64,000 bases of DNA, from contig CACYSA010000003.1 of NCBI GenBank assembly GCA_902777015.1, forward strand, positions 77,471 through 141,470, read 5' to 3'. A program made the translations under genes and the position numbers. The notes beneath the pieces were generated by a model. The model saw only the letters and a program-made list of their open reading frames with translations. It ran no database searches and was not told the origin of the DNA. Positions 9,445 to 18,961 of the stretch are shown one piece after another (the stretch's first letter is position 1; every line of letters begins with the position of its first letter). Origin of the DNA: an uncultured Erysipelotrichaceae bacterium. GTDB lineage: Bacteria; Bacillota_I; Bacilli_A; RFN20; CAG-826.

Positions 9445-12400
9445 TTACCAAACGGTTGGAACGCCTTCTACATATCGCCAGAAGTTACCTGGAGTGGCAG
9501 GTTCTGTTTCAGAATAATAGTAAATTGGTTTGTTTAAGATGCAGTCGTTACCATTGAACCCTATTTCTATATTCTCGAATTGTTCTTGAGTGCCTTCATA
9601 GAAAGTCATCTCAATACCCCAGTCATAGCCGAATGCTTCCGCTTCGATTGTTTCTATGCTTTTTCTTAAAATCGGCCTTACATAAGAAGAACAATTAAAG
9701 AAGGCATAGCCTTTGATTGTTTTCACATCTTCAGGCAAGACAACATTAACGAGATTATTACTATTTTCACACATGCCACTTTCAATAACTTCTAATGATT
9801 TAGGGAAAGTTATGCTACGCATGCTATCGCAGTTGCTAAAAGCATTTTGTTCGATTTCAGTAATTGAATCAGGAAGGATGATATCGCCTAATTTCTCACA
9901 ATCGCTAAAAGCATATCTGCTAATAGTTTCTAAACCTTCAGGGAAAGTGACTGATGTCAGTTTGGTGCACTTCATAAATGCATCAATACCAATTGATTTA
10001 AGATTTTTACTGAGTGTTATTGTTTGCAATGCATTACATTCTTTAAACATTTCATTAGAAATGGAAGTAACAAAATCTGGTAAAACAATGTTCTTTAAAA
10101 GCTTGTTACCTTTGAATCTAACGAACATCCCTTCAATAGGAACATCGTTAATTGTTTCAGGAATGACAAACTCTGTTTTACTAGAATCATAATCAACTAA
10201 AAATGCTTTTTGATGGTTATTTACTGTTGCAATTGCGTATTTATATCCATCCTTTTCAACGGTTGATTCATAGCCCCAAACGACGTACGAATTAGCGGCC
10301 CATGCTGGGTTATAGGTAGATGGTCGAAATTCTCTTTCGCAATAAACAATGTTTATAGTTGAATCCCAACTAGCAAAAGCATTTTCTTGAATGTTGATGA
10401 TTTCTTTACGAACATAGATAAAATCAGCATCAAGTCCAGCGAAAGCATGATCGCAAATGGTTTCTAGAGTGGATGGGAATGTTAAATACTTAATTCCGGC
10501 TCTATCAAAAGCGTGGTTACCTAAAAATGTCAGTCCCTCATTTAGTGTGATGTCCACTAATTTAAAACAATCTTGGAAAGCTGGTCCTTCAATTCTCTTT
10601 AGGCTGTTTGGGAAATTAATTGTTTCAAGTTTTTGGCATTGAGCGAAAGCGCCGCTAGAAATGCAAACGATGGTGTCAGGTAATTGCACTGACTGAATAT
10701 CGGTCATCGCAAATGAATCGTGCCCAATTTCATTAATCACACAACCATTCCAATAAGCAGGGATGACTATGTCTTCTGAAGAACCATGATAGACATCAAT
10801 TTTATTTTTATTAAATTCCAAGCCGATTGTAGCCTCTTCGAAAACAGGTTGATAAGTTATAACGTTGTTTTCATTGCTTTTTTCATCCCAACTATTGAAG
10901 TTAAACATTAAATTACCTTCATTAGCTTTTGTCGGTATATCAACTCCATACTTTTCAAGATCGAGAGTGTTTGTGTCAATTGTGAAATAATCAATATTTA
11001 CTGGTTCTATAGAAACAACACGAATGTTATTACCACCATTAGCGAAGTCTACTTTACCGAAATCGATTAATTCAAAATCTAACCAACCATTGCTTTTTTC
11101 GAATTTTAAATCATCAGATAATTCTAATTTTTGATTGTTGACATAAACGTCAAAGTATTCTTTTATTTTACGACCGAGACCATTTTCTCTTGCAATATAC
11201 ATACATAAATTGGTCTTCAAAGCAGGTGTTGAAGTAAAATCTAACGAAAGTTCAATACCGTTATTAAAACCCTCAACGATTTTGCCACCGTGGTATTCGC
11301 CGTTTTCTGCTATATAGACACCCTCTGTAAAAATGCCGTCTTCAGCTTCTAAATATACTTTTCCATCAATAGAATCTACTTGAGAGCCATTAAAATAGAC
11401 AAGCGTAGAACCCATTTCTTCTTCGGTGACAAATCTATTAAATAATAGATTACCTTTTGCATCTAAATATCTTTCTTCAAAGGGCAAATATTCCTTATCG
11501 TATTGAGCGATTAATTCCATGTCACCCAATACTACTAAATCTTTATCCCAGCCTTTAAAAGAGTAGGAATAATGTTCTTCTTGGTTTGGTTTAACGGGAG
11601 TTTCACCACTATAGGCGACGGTATCGCCGTAGTGAACGTTTTCAATGATATCTAGGACCGTACCATCATCGTTTTTAAAAGTAACACGATAGTTAATAAG
11701 TTCCCAATTTGCCACTAATTGCATATCTTCAGTTACAACTGAGCTATAGAAATACCAAGACTCATCGTGATAGTTCCAGCCTTTAAAAACAGCACCTTCT
11801 CTAACAGGATCTTCTGGTTTTCTAGCTTTTTCCCCGTGGACAATGACTTGAGAAGCAATTTCACCAGCTCCTTTACTGTCAAAACTCACATTATGAGTTT
11901 GTTTTTCTTCTAGAGTTGCCACTCTTCCAGTTAATTCATTAATCTTGTCGTTATAATCTTTTTGAACTATAGCAATTTGCAAAGCAAGTTCAGATTGAAG
12001 AGCAGTAATATTAGCGTTAGCAGAAGCGATATTTGCTTCTATTTCCGCTACTTTTGTATTATATGTTGTTTGAATATTGTCTAATTTGCCATTGTAATCA
12101 TTTCTAATGTTTTGAAGTTGACTATCGTAATTAGCCACTAATGCTTCTAATTGTGCATCATAGTTAGCGGTAATCGTTGCAAGGTTAGCGTCGTATTCTT
12201 CTTTGAGATCATCGATTTTATCCTTGTAGTCTTTTTCTAAGTCCGCTAATTGTTTATCATAGTTATTCTTTAATGCTACTAATTCAGCATCATAGTCAGT
12301 TTTAACTATGTTAATTTTTGAATTATAGTCTGTTTCAAGAGCGTCTTTGTCGGTTGCTAACTGAGCAGTCAAATCATCAATCTTCTTTTGTAAAGAAGAG

Positions 12401-12663
12401 ATATCTGCCTCTAATTCTGCAATTTCTTTTTTATAATCAGCGGTTACTTGTGCGATATTTGCATTCATTTCGCCTTCAAGTTTAGCGATTTGTTCTTTTA
12501 AATCCTTAACTTGATTTTTCAAATCATTGATGTCACTTTGCATGCCATCAATTTGGCTTTGAACACCTGAAATTGCGTTATTTATTGCTTGACCATCACA
12601 GCCAACAAGCATGCCTAACGACATAGCTAAAACAGGTAAAAGAATCAATTTAGATTTCTTCAT
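9445..12663 (-). CDS. Large mosaic surface lipoprotein: coiled coil, Listeria/Bacteroides-type repeats, a CBM-like module and BspA-type leucine-rich repeats
   Basis: Lipobox MLVGC. About 230 aa of periodic xDY/NYxxxL heptad-like repeats. YRVTFKNDDGTVLD...YSFKGWDKDL repeats. A YLEAEDG...IDYFTI beta-sandwich-like module. Many LRR units of the type IP.S...I...AF..C..L..I.LP. Confidence 0.8.
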   Translation of the reverse strand: MKKSKLILLPVLAMSLGMLVGCDGQAINNAISGVQSQIDGMQSDINDLKNQVKDLKEQIAKLEGEMNANIAQVTADYKKEIAELEADISSLQKKIDDLTAQLATDKDALETDYNSKINIVKTDYDAELVALKNNYDKQLADLEKDYKDKIDDLKEEYDANLATITANYDAQLEALVANYDSQLQNIRNDYNGKLDNIQTTYNTKVAEIEANIASANANITALQSELALQIAIVQKDYNDKINELTGRVATLEEKQTHNVSFDSKGAGEIASQVIVHGEKARKPEDPVREGAVFKGWNYHDESWYFYSSVVTEDMQLVANWELINYRVTFKNDDGTVLDIIENVHYGDTVAYSGETPVKPNQEEHYSYSFKGWDKDLVVLGDMELIAQYDKEYLPFEERYLDAKGNLLFNRFVTEEEMGSTLVYFNGSQVDSIDGKVYLEAEDGIFTEGVYIAENGEYHGGKIVEGFNNGIELSLDFTSTPALKTNLCMYIARENGLGRKIKEYFDVYVNNQKLELSDDLKFEKSNGWLDFELIDFGKVDFANGGNNIRVVSIEPVNIDYFTIDTNTLDLEKYGVDIPTKANEGNLMFNFNSWDEKSNENNVITYQPVFEEATIGLEFNKNKIDVYHGSSEDIVIPAYWNGCVINEIGHDSFAMTDIQSVQLPDTIVCISSGAFAQCQKLETINFPNSLKRIEGPAFQDCFKLVDITLNEGLTFLGNHAFDRAGIKYLTFPSTLETICDHAFAGLDADFIYVRKEIINIQENAFASWDSTINIVYCEREFRPSTYNPAWAANSYVVWGYESTVEKDGYKYAIATVNNHQKAFLVDYDSSKTEFVIPETINDVPIEGMFVRFKGNKLLKNIVLPDFVTSISNEMFKECNALQTITLSKNLKSIGIDAFMKCTKLTSVTFPEGLETISRYAFSDCEKLGDIILPDSITEIEQNAFSNCDSMRSITFPKSLEVIESGMCENSNNLVNVVLPEDVKTIKGYAFFNCSSYVRPILRKSIETIEAEAFGYDWGIEMTFYEGTQEQFENIEIGFNGNDCILNKPIYYYSETEPATPGNFWRYVEGVPTVW

Positions 12664-12730
12664 AGCGAGCTCCCTTCATAAAATGAATTCAATTTAATGA
12701 TAAAAAGATGAATCTTTATATTCAACCTTT

Positions 12731-12764
12731 AAAACAAAAATCCCTACCATTTTTAGGTAAGGAT
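12731..12764 (-). terminator. Rho-independent terminator after dnaJ
   Basis: Minus-strand AUCCUUACC-loop-GGUAGGGAU followed by UUUUUGUUUU. Confidence 0.75.
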
Positions 12765-12770
12765 TGTTAT

Positions 12771-13898
12771 TTATTTTTTAAAGAATTTTTTGAATTTAGC
12801 AATCAAAGAGTCATCTTTACCAATTTCATTACGATATTGGGTTAATAAATCTTTTTGCTTTCTATTCAAGGATGTTGGCATCTTAATGTCTAAATGGACA
12901 TATTGATCGCCTGGTCGGCCGCTTCTTAAGTCTTTCACGCCTTGACCACGCATTCTGAATATTTGTCCAGGTTGTGTACCCGCGGGAATGTTAAGTGTGG
13001 CTTCGCCATAGACTGTTGGAACATCAACAGATGTCCCTAAGATAGCGTCAATGAAGTCGATTGGGACATTGAGGTGGATATCATTACCATCTCTTTTGAA
13101 ATAATCGTGTGGTTTAACGTTAACTTCTACGAAGAGGTCACCATTAGGACCACCGTTTGCCCCTCTTTCACCCATGCCTTGGACACGGATTTGTTGTCCG
13201 TTATTGATACCAGCGATGATATGAACTTTTATGTTCTTTTTAACTCTGTTATAGCCTTTACCACCACAGGATGGACATGGGCTAGAAATGATTTTACCAG
13301 AGCCATTACAGCGGCCACAGGTTTCTTGTTGTTCGACCATGCCGAAGATACTTCTTCTTTGGACTCTAACATAACCATGACCACCACAGGATGGACAAGT
13401 TTTAACATCGTTTGGTGTTTTAGCGCCTGTACCATGACAAGATGAACATTGCTCATCCACTGTTAATGGTATTTCGATATCACGGCCTAAAATAGTATCC
13501 ATGAAATCGACTTTGACTCTCACGATTGCGTCGTTACCACGTCTAGGACCATTATTAGCCCTTTGTTGACGGCGGCCACCACCGAAGAATGAAGAGAAGA
13601 TATCTCCTAAATCCATATCTTGACCAAAGCCGAATCCACCTTCGAATGGATTAGAGCCTGGTTGACCAGCACCTTGTTCAAATGCGGCAAAGCCGAATTG
13701 GTCATAGGCTGATCTCTTTTGATCATCATAAAGAATGTCATAAGCTTCTTGGACTTCTTTAAATTTATCAGCATTACCCGTTTCGTGATTGTCTGGGTGA
13801 TACTTTTTAGCGAGTTTACGATAAGCACTCTTGATTTCATCTTTAGATGCACTCTTATTAATGCCTAAAGTTTCATAAAGATCTCTTTTCTCTGCCAT
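12771..13898 (-). CDS. dnaJ: Chaperone DnaJ
   Basis: J domain (YHPD), a G/F region and four CxxCxGxG zinc motifs. Confidence 0.97.
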   Translation of the reverse strand: MAEKRDLYETLGINKSASKDEIKSAYRKLAKKYHPDNHETGNADKFKEVQEAYDILYDDQKRSAYDQFGFAAFEQGAGQPGSNPFEGGFGFGQDMDLGDIFSSFFGGGRRQQRANNGPRRGNDAIVRVKVDFMDTILGRDIEIPLTVDEQCSSCHGTGAKTPNDVKTCPSCGGHGYVRVQRRSIFGMVEQQETCGRCNGSGKIISSPCPSCGGKGYNRVKKNIKVHIIAGINNGQQIRVQGMGERGANGGPNGDLFVEVNVKPHDYFKRDGNDIHLNVPIDFIDAILGTSVDVPTVYGEATLNIPAGTQPGQIFRMRGQGVKDLRSGRPGDQYVHLDIKMPTSLNRKQKDLLTQYRNEIGKDDSLIAKFKKFFKK

Positions 13899-13924
13899 GA
13901 TATTCCTTTCTATTCACGCAATTA

Positions 13925-13940
13925 GGGGCGCAAGGCCCCC
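13925..13940 (-). other. GC-rich stem-loop in the dnaK-dnaJ spacer
   Basis: ggggcgcaaggccccc forms a 5-bp G/C stem that stands out in otherwise AT-rich DNA. No U-run follows it on the minus strand. Confidence 0.5.
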
Positions 13941-13968
13941 ATTGCTTGAAAATATTTATAATAATTAA

Positions 13969-15804
13969 TTAGTTTTTCTTGGTGAAGTCAGCGTCGACCA
14001 CATCATCTGGATTTGTGCCAGCGGTACCTTGAGCGTCAGCTTGGCCGTTTGGTTGTGCACCCGCACCAGCGTTAGCTTGTTGTTGTTGCATGAAGGCAGC
14101 GGCTTGTTCAAGTTCGTTGATACGTGCTTTTAAGGTTGCCATATCGTTATTGTCTAAGGCAGTCTTTAATTCATCACGTAATTTTTGTGTTTGTTCTTTT
14201 TGGGCTGGATCCATAGAAGCACCTTTTTCTTGCATAGCAAGGTCGATGTCATTAATCATGGATTCGGCTTTATTCTTGAGTTCGATGTCTTCTTTACGTT
14301 TGGCATCTTCTTCAGCGTGTTCTTCAGCTTCTCTGACCATTCTATCGATATCTTCTTTAGAAAGACCATTGCTACCAGAGATGGTAATGTTTTGTTCTTT
14401 TTGTGTATCTAAGTCCTTAGCGGAAACTTTAACGATACCATTGACGTCGATGGAGAATGTGACTTCAATTCTTGGTTCGCCACGTCTTGCTGGTTTAATA
14501 CCATTAAGTTGGAAGTGGCCTAATAATTTATTATCATGGGCCATTGGTCTTTCACCTTGATAAACCATGATGTCAACAGCTGGTTGATTGTCCGCAGCGG
14601 TTGAGAAGATTTGACTCTTTGTGGTTGGAATTGTGGTATTTCTATTGATTAATGGAGTCATGACACCACCTAATGTTTCAATACCTAAGGTTAATGGAGT
14701 AACGTCTAATAAGACAACGTCTTTCACATCACCAGAGACAACACCACCTTGGTAAGCCGCACCGATAGAGACAGCTTCATCTGGGTTAACGGATAAGTTT
14801 GGTTTCTTACCTGTTAATCTAGCAACTAATTCTTGGACGGCTGGCATACGGATGGAACCACCGATTAATAAAACTTGGTTAAGTTCAGAAGCAGACATAT
14901 GAGCGTCGCTTAAGGCTCTTCTCACTGGTTCTTCACATCTATTTAATAGATGTCTTGTTAAGTCTTGGAATTTAGCACGTGTTAATGTGACTTCGAAGTT
15001 AACTGGGCCAGCAGAAGTCATGCTAATGAATGGTAAGCTGATAACTGTTTCCATAGAAGCAGAGAGCTCAATTTTAGCTTTTTCAGCGGCTTCTCTAATT
15101 CTTTGTAAGGAACCTTTATCTGTGACATCAACATTGGATTGAATCTTGATTTGGGCTTTGATCCAATCAGCAACGACTTGGTCCCAGTCATCACCACCGA
15201 GGTGGTTATCACCAGCGGTAGAAATAACTTCAAATGTACCATCGCCGATATCAAGAATACTGACATCGAATGTACCACCACCTAAGTCGAAGACTAAGAT
15301 TTTTTCGGATTTATCGTTTTCTAAGCCATAGGCTAACGCAGCAGCGGTTGGTTCGTTAATAATACGAACGACATCTAAGCCAGCGATTTGACCAGCGTCT
15401 TTTGTCGCTTGTCTTTGCGCATCGTTGAAGTAAGCAGGAACGGTGATGACTGCTTTTTGCACAGCATGACCTAAGTGCGCTTCTGCATATTTCTTCATGT
15501 ACGCTAAGATTTTAGCGGAGATTTCTTGTGGGGTGAATTGTTTGTTCACGCATTTAATGTTGACCTTTTCAGCACTACCCATAATTCTCTTAATAGATGA
15601 GACTGTATCTGGGTTTGTAACAGCTTGTCTTTTAGCAGCGTTACCAACGATTTCTTCACCATTTGCTTTAAAAGCAACGACGGAAGGAGTTGTCACTGTG
15701 CCTTCTGGGTTTGGGATAACTTTGACTGTACCATCAGCTTGTAAATAGCTGACGACTGAGTTTGTGGTACCTAAGTCGATACCTAAGATAATTTCTTTTG
15801 CCAT
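13969..15804 (-). CDS. dnaK: Chaperone DnaK (Hsp70)
   Basis: [17 protein letters not shown] and further motifs; 611 aa. Confidence 0.98.
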   Translation of the reverse strand: MAKEIILGIDLGTTNSVVSYLQADGTVKVIPNPEGTVTTPSVVAFKANGEEIVGNAAKRQAVTNPDTVSSIKRIMGSAEKVNIKCVNKQFTPQEISAKILAYMKKYAEAHLGHAVQKAVITVPAYFNDAQRQATKDAGQIAGLDVVRIINEPTAAALAYGLENDKSEKILVFDLGGGTFDVSILDIGDGTFEVISTAGDNHLGGDDWDQVVADWIKAQIKIQSNVDVTDKGSLQRIREAAEKAKIELSASMETVISLPFISMTSAGPVNFEVTLTRAKFQDLTRHLLNRCEEPVRRALSDAHMSASELNQVLLIGGSIRMPAVQELVARLTGKKPNLSVNPDEAVSIGAAYQGGVVSGDVKDVVLLDVTPLTLGIETLGGVMTPLINRNTTIPTTKSQIFSTAADNQPAVDIMVYQGERPMAHDNKLLGHFQLNGIKPARRGEPRIEVTFSIDVNGIVKVSAKDLDTQKEQNITISGSNGLSKEDIDRMVREAEEHAEEDAKRKEDIELKNKAESMINDIDLAMQEKGASMDPAQKEQTQKLRDELKTALDNNDMATLKARINELEQAAAFMQQQQANAGAGAQPNGQADAQGTAGTNPDDVVDADFTKKN

Positions 15805-15820
15805 AATTTATTTCCTCCTA

Positions 15821-16390
15821 TTAGGCGTCGCCTTTGACGCCCTCTTTAGTTTCTTTTTCTTCTTTTTTGTTTTTGCTCACTGAGACTCTCGCGGGTCTAA
15901 TGAGACGTCCATGTAATTCGTAGCCTTTCGCGTACACTTTAGTGACGAGGTTTTCTTCCCCTTCTTGTTCAGTGACGTCAACGGCATCCATGTTCTTATC
16001 TGAGAATTTATCTCCCACTTTTGGAGCGATTTCTTTAACGCCTTCATTTTCTAAGGCGGTTACCATGTTACGGTAGATGAATTGGAAGCCCACTAAGTAG
16101 TTTTTAACTTCTTCACTTGGTGGCTCGTTTTCAAGAACGACATGGAAGCTATCTAATACTGGAAGTAATTCTTCGATAAAGCCCATCGCACGATATTTTC
16201 TAATATCGGATTGTTCTTTTTCTAAGTTATTGCGAAGATTTTTTGTATCAGCGTAAGCTCTGTAGTATTCATTTTTCCAATGTTCCACATCGGCTTTAGC
16301 TTTTTCGAGTTGTTCTTCTAACTCCTGGATCTTTTTCTTATCTTTATTTTTTTCTTCTTTTATTTGCTCTTTGTTTTCTTTAGGCATCAC
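15821..16390 (-). CDS. grpE: Nucleotide exchange factor GrpE
   Basis: Coiled-coil N-terminus and a GrpE C-terminal domain. Lies between hrcA and dnaK. Confidence 0.93.
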   Translation of the reverse strand: MMPKENKEQIKEEKNKDKKKIQELEEQLEKAKADVEHWKNEYYRAYADTKNLRNNLEKEQSDIRKYRAMGFIEELLPVLDSFHVVLENEPPSEEVKNYLVGFQFIYRNMVTALENEGVKEIAPKVGDKFSDKNMDAVDVTEQEGEENLVTKVYAKGYELHGRLIRPARVSVSKNKKEEKETKEGVKGDA

Positions 16391-17423
16391 CTTTACCTCC
16401 TTTGTTATTTAATCCTTTGAAGTAATCGGTTAATGTTTCAGCGATGTATTCCAAAGCGGATAATGCTTGGTCATAATCGATTCTTGTTGGTCCTAATAAT
16501 GTAATCGCACGATTACCTTCTTCACCTAAGTCAATTTTCGCGGTCACCATTGAGACATCAGGATTACCTTCGATATCACCGATACGAATGATGCGGTCTT
16601 CGTCATCCTTTTTAATCTCTTCTTTGACTTCTTTAAGAAGTTGTTGATCGTTTAATAGCTTAAACACTTTTTCTAATTTTTCTGTGTCGTTTTTATATTC
16701 TTCTCTAGAGAATAATTCATCTCTACCATAGAGGGATAAACGGTCACTAGCGAATCTCATGAATGTTTCAAGCAAGGCTTGGTAAACTAGGTCATGACCA
16801 ACGATGTAGTCATTTAATACTGGTTTAAGGGCTTCTGTTTTTTCCACGAGTTCGACGATTGGTGTACCTTTTAATCTATCGTTTAGTAAGGAAACACAGT
16901 TAACGATTTCACCCGCTTTTAAGTTTTCAGGAACGATGAAGGTTTTGTTTTCAACATAGCCTTTATCGGTCACGAAGATAGCGGTAATTGTGTTATCAGA
17001 TATTTGCACCATTTGGATAGAAGCTAATTTTTCTTTATTTTCATCTGGACCCATGACCACGGTGACTAGATTAGTCATATGAGATAAAATTTCACAGCTT
17101 TCTTTAATCACAGCGTCGATGGATTTAACTTTTTGATCAAGAACAGTTTGAATGCTGTTTTTGAGTTGTTCGTTAACGGCGCCATCTCTAAGCTTTTCGC
17201 AGTAATAACGATATCCTTGAGCGGAAGGAACTCGACCACTGCTACTATGTGTCTTTTCAATAAGTCCCATTTTTTCTAATGCGAACATTTCATTTCTAAT
17301 TGTCGCAGAGGAATATGGAAGTTTATATTCTTCGATGAGGGTATGAGAGCCAACTGGTTGTGCGTTCTTAATAAAGTATTCAACGATGTATTTTAAGATC
17401 GTATCACTACGGTTAAGCGCCAT
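16380..17423 (-). CDS. hrcA: Heat-inducible transcription repressor HrcA
   Basis: Winged-helix N-terminus (SATIRNEMFALEKMGLIEKTHSSSGRVPS), 347 aa, with CIRCE elements upstream. Confidence 0.95.
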   Translation of the reverse strand: MALNRSDTILKYIVEYFIKNAQPVGSHTLIEEYKLPYSSATIRNEMFALEKMGLIEKTHSSSGRVPSAQGYRYYCEKLRDGAVNEQLKNSIQTVLDQKVKSIDAVIKESCEILSHMTNLVTVVMGPDENKEKLASIQMVQISDNTITAIFVTDKGYVENKTFIVPENLKAGEIVNCVSLLNDRLKGTPIVELVEKTEALKPVLNDYIVGHDLVYQALLETFMRFASDRLSLYGRDELFSREEYKNDTEKLEKVFKLLNDQQLLKEVKEEIKKDDEDRIIRIGDIEGNPDVSMVTAKIDLGEEGNRAITLLGPTRIDYDQALSALEYIAETLTDYFKGLNNKGGKGDA

Positions 17424-17439
17424 GGTTTTCTCCTCCTTT

Positions 17440-17466
17440 TTAGCACTCTATCTCTTTATGTGCTAA
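17440..17466. promoter_or_regulatory. CIRCE operator 1 (HrcA site)
   Basis: Minus-strand TTAGCACAT-N9-GAGTGCTAA against the consensus TTAGCACTC-N9-GAGTGCTAA. It lies between the -10 element and the hrcA SD. Confidence 0.85.
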
Positions 17467-17470
17467 CTAC

Positions 17471-17498
17471 ATTTTAACTAAAATATTAGCACTGTCAA
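17471..17498 (-). promoter_or_regulatory. Candidate sigma-A promoter of the hrcA-grpE-dnaK-dnaJ operon
   Basis: Minus-strand TTGACA (17498-17493), a 16-nt spacer, then TAAAAT (17476-17471). The -35 element lies inside CIRCE 2. Confidence 0.6.
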
Positions 17499-17512
17499 GC
17501 GTTACCTGCTAA
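17486..17512. promoter_or_regulatory. CIRCE operator 2 (degenerate)
   Basis: Minus-strand TTAGCAGGT-N9-CAGTGCTAA. The left arm matches 6/9 and the right arm 8/9. Confidence 0.6.
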
Positions 17513-17544
17513 TTTTTTATATTTATTTATAATAAGGATATATA

Positions 17545-17566
17545 GAAAACAACCGTTAATCGGCTG
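17545..17566 (-). terminator. Terminator after the 163-aa membrane protein gene
   Basis: Minus-strand CAGCCG-AUUAA-CGGUUG followed by UUUUC. Confidence 0.55.
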
Positions 17567-17590
17567 TAGATGCTTGTTTTGATAGTAAAA

Positions 17591-18082
17591 TTAGCGCAAA
17601 ACTTTATCTAATCTTTCCATTAAAGTTTGGCGGTTTTCGCAATATCCAAGCGAGAGTTTTTTATTTTTTCCATTTGGCAAACGATATGTTAATTTCAATA
17701 TAAAGTCTGAAGAAAAATTATCTTTCACAGCGATAAAATCCTTATCTTTAATAATTACTTCTTTTCCGCTAATTGTGTAGGCAATGAAATTGCGTGTTTC
17801 ATAATCAAAGATAAGGCATTCATTATGGTTTTTGGAATTAATTCCAACTTGAATAAATTTACATATGAGCACAATAACTAAAAATAATTCAATTGGAGCG
17901 ATAGACAGGAGTACCCATAATTTGGACCTGATGGCAATAATAGTGTTTAATGGACTGCCAATTAATAAAGTGGAAAACATAAAAATATAAAAAGTTAGAA
18001 TTCCTCGCGGATCACCGCGATAAGCCACAACAAAGTGCTCGTTGCTTTCACTATTTTTGTTTAAGTTTTCCTCAGAGTCCAT
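17591..18082 (-). CDS. Hypothetical membrane protein: two TM helices plus a small C-terminal beta-rich (PH-like?) domain
   Basis: Hydrophobic segments ILTFYIFMFSTLLIG and LWVLLSIAPIELFLVIVLICKFI. I recognise no family. Confidence 0.5.
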   Translation of the reverse strand: MDSEENLNKNSESNEHFVVAYRGDPRGILTFYIFMFSTLLIGSPLNTIIAIRSKLWVLLSIAPIELFLVIVLICKFIQVGINSKNHNECLIFDYETRNFIAYTISGKEVIIKDKDFIAVKDNFSSDFILKLTYRLPNGKNKKLSLGYCENRQTLMERLDKVLR

Positions 18083-18085
18083 TGA

Positions 18086-18886
18086 TTATTTTACCTGTTG
18101 CATTCTCATTTTTCTTCTTTTTCTTCTTAATCTAGCAGGAATGAAAATTGCTAAGAAAACGGTTAAAGGAACAACTGTAAAGAAGACTATGAGACAAATA
18201 CCTAAATATATGTTTAAGGTTTCATCAACCGATCGGTTTGGTGTGCTCTTAATAACAGCAATATTTCCAAGAGTTAACTTTGTTAAATCGAGTTTCTCTT
18301 TAGTGCTAAAAGTGAAAGCACTGCTCTCGTTGATTTTTACATAATAAGTTGAATTCTCATACGTTAATTGTGCAACTACACCATAACGATAATTGCTAAC
18401 GCGCTCACCCTGTAAATTTATATCAATTGTATAAGAAAAATAGTCAGCACCACTGCTTGAAAAAGTAATGCTTTTGCTGCCATTAACTTGTAACTTATCA
18501 TCTATATCATTATAACCATATGTATTAGAACGGACCTTTTCTGGCTTATCAAGTAAGTAGTCTTTTTTGAATGCCACCTCTTGATGCGTATTTGGTCCAA
18601 GAAGAGCGTTATCAAAAAGATAAAAGTAATCATCTAACTGAACGTTTTTAGAAGAATCGTCATCACTAAAATAGACATAACTAATGAAACCATCGCCCTT
18701 ATTGAACAAGTCGAAATAATAGTAAGCGTAATCTCCAATTACTTCTTCTCTTAGGTATGTTGTTTCACTGTCTTTATATAATCGCTCATGAACAACTTTT
18801 AAAGCAGAAGATCCCATGATAAAAGGAATGGCTGCTAAAAGAATAAGACTTTTCTTAAAAATGGTTTTCATAATTGAATTATACAC
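18086..18886 (-). CDS. Hypothetical secreted protein with a C-terminal TM anchor and a polybasic tail
   Basis: N-terminal signal-like LILLAAIPFIMGSSA, a Y/D/S-rich ectodomain and the C-terminus ICLIVFFTVVPLTVFLAIFIPARLRRKRRKMR. There is a 3-nt gap to the downstream gene. Confidence 0.5.
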   Translation of the reverse strand: MYNSIMKTIFKKSLILLAAIPFIMGSSALKVVHERLYKDSETTYLREEVIGDYAYYYFDLFNKGDGFISYVYFSDDDSSKNVQLDDYFYLFDNALLGPNTHQEVAFKKDYLLDKPEKVRSNTYGYNDIDDKLQVNGSKSITFSSSGADYFSYTIDINLQGERVSNYRYGVVAQLTYENSTYYVKINESSAFTFSTKEKLDLTKLTLGNIAVIKSTPNRSVDETLNIYLGICLIVFFTVVPLTVFLAIFIPARLRRKRRKMRMQQVK

Positions 18887-18945
18887 TTTTTGAAATAGAA
18901 ACTCACATTTTTATATTAAAAAAAGATGATAATTCACATAAGCAA

Positions 18946-18954
18946 TGCTATAAT
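18946..18954 (+). promoter_or_regulatory. Extended -10 element (TGcTATAAT) 7 nt upstream of the STAS start codon
   Basis: tgctataat lies at 18946-18954 and the ATG at 18962. There is no SD between them. Confidence 0.45.
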
Positions 18955-18961
18955 CATTGAC

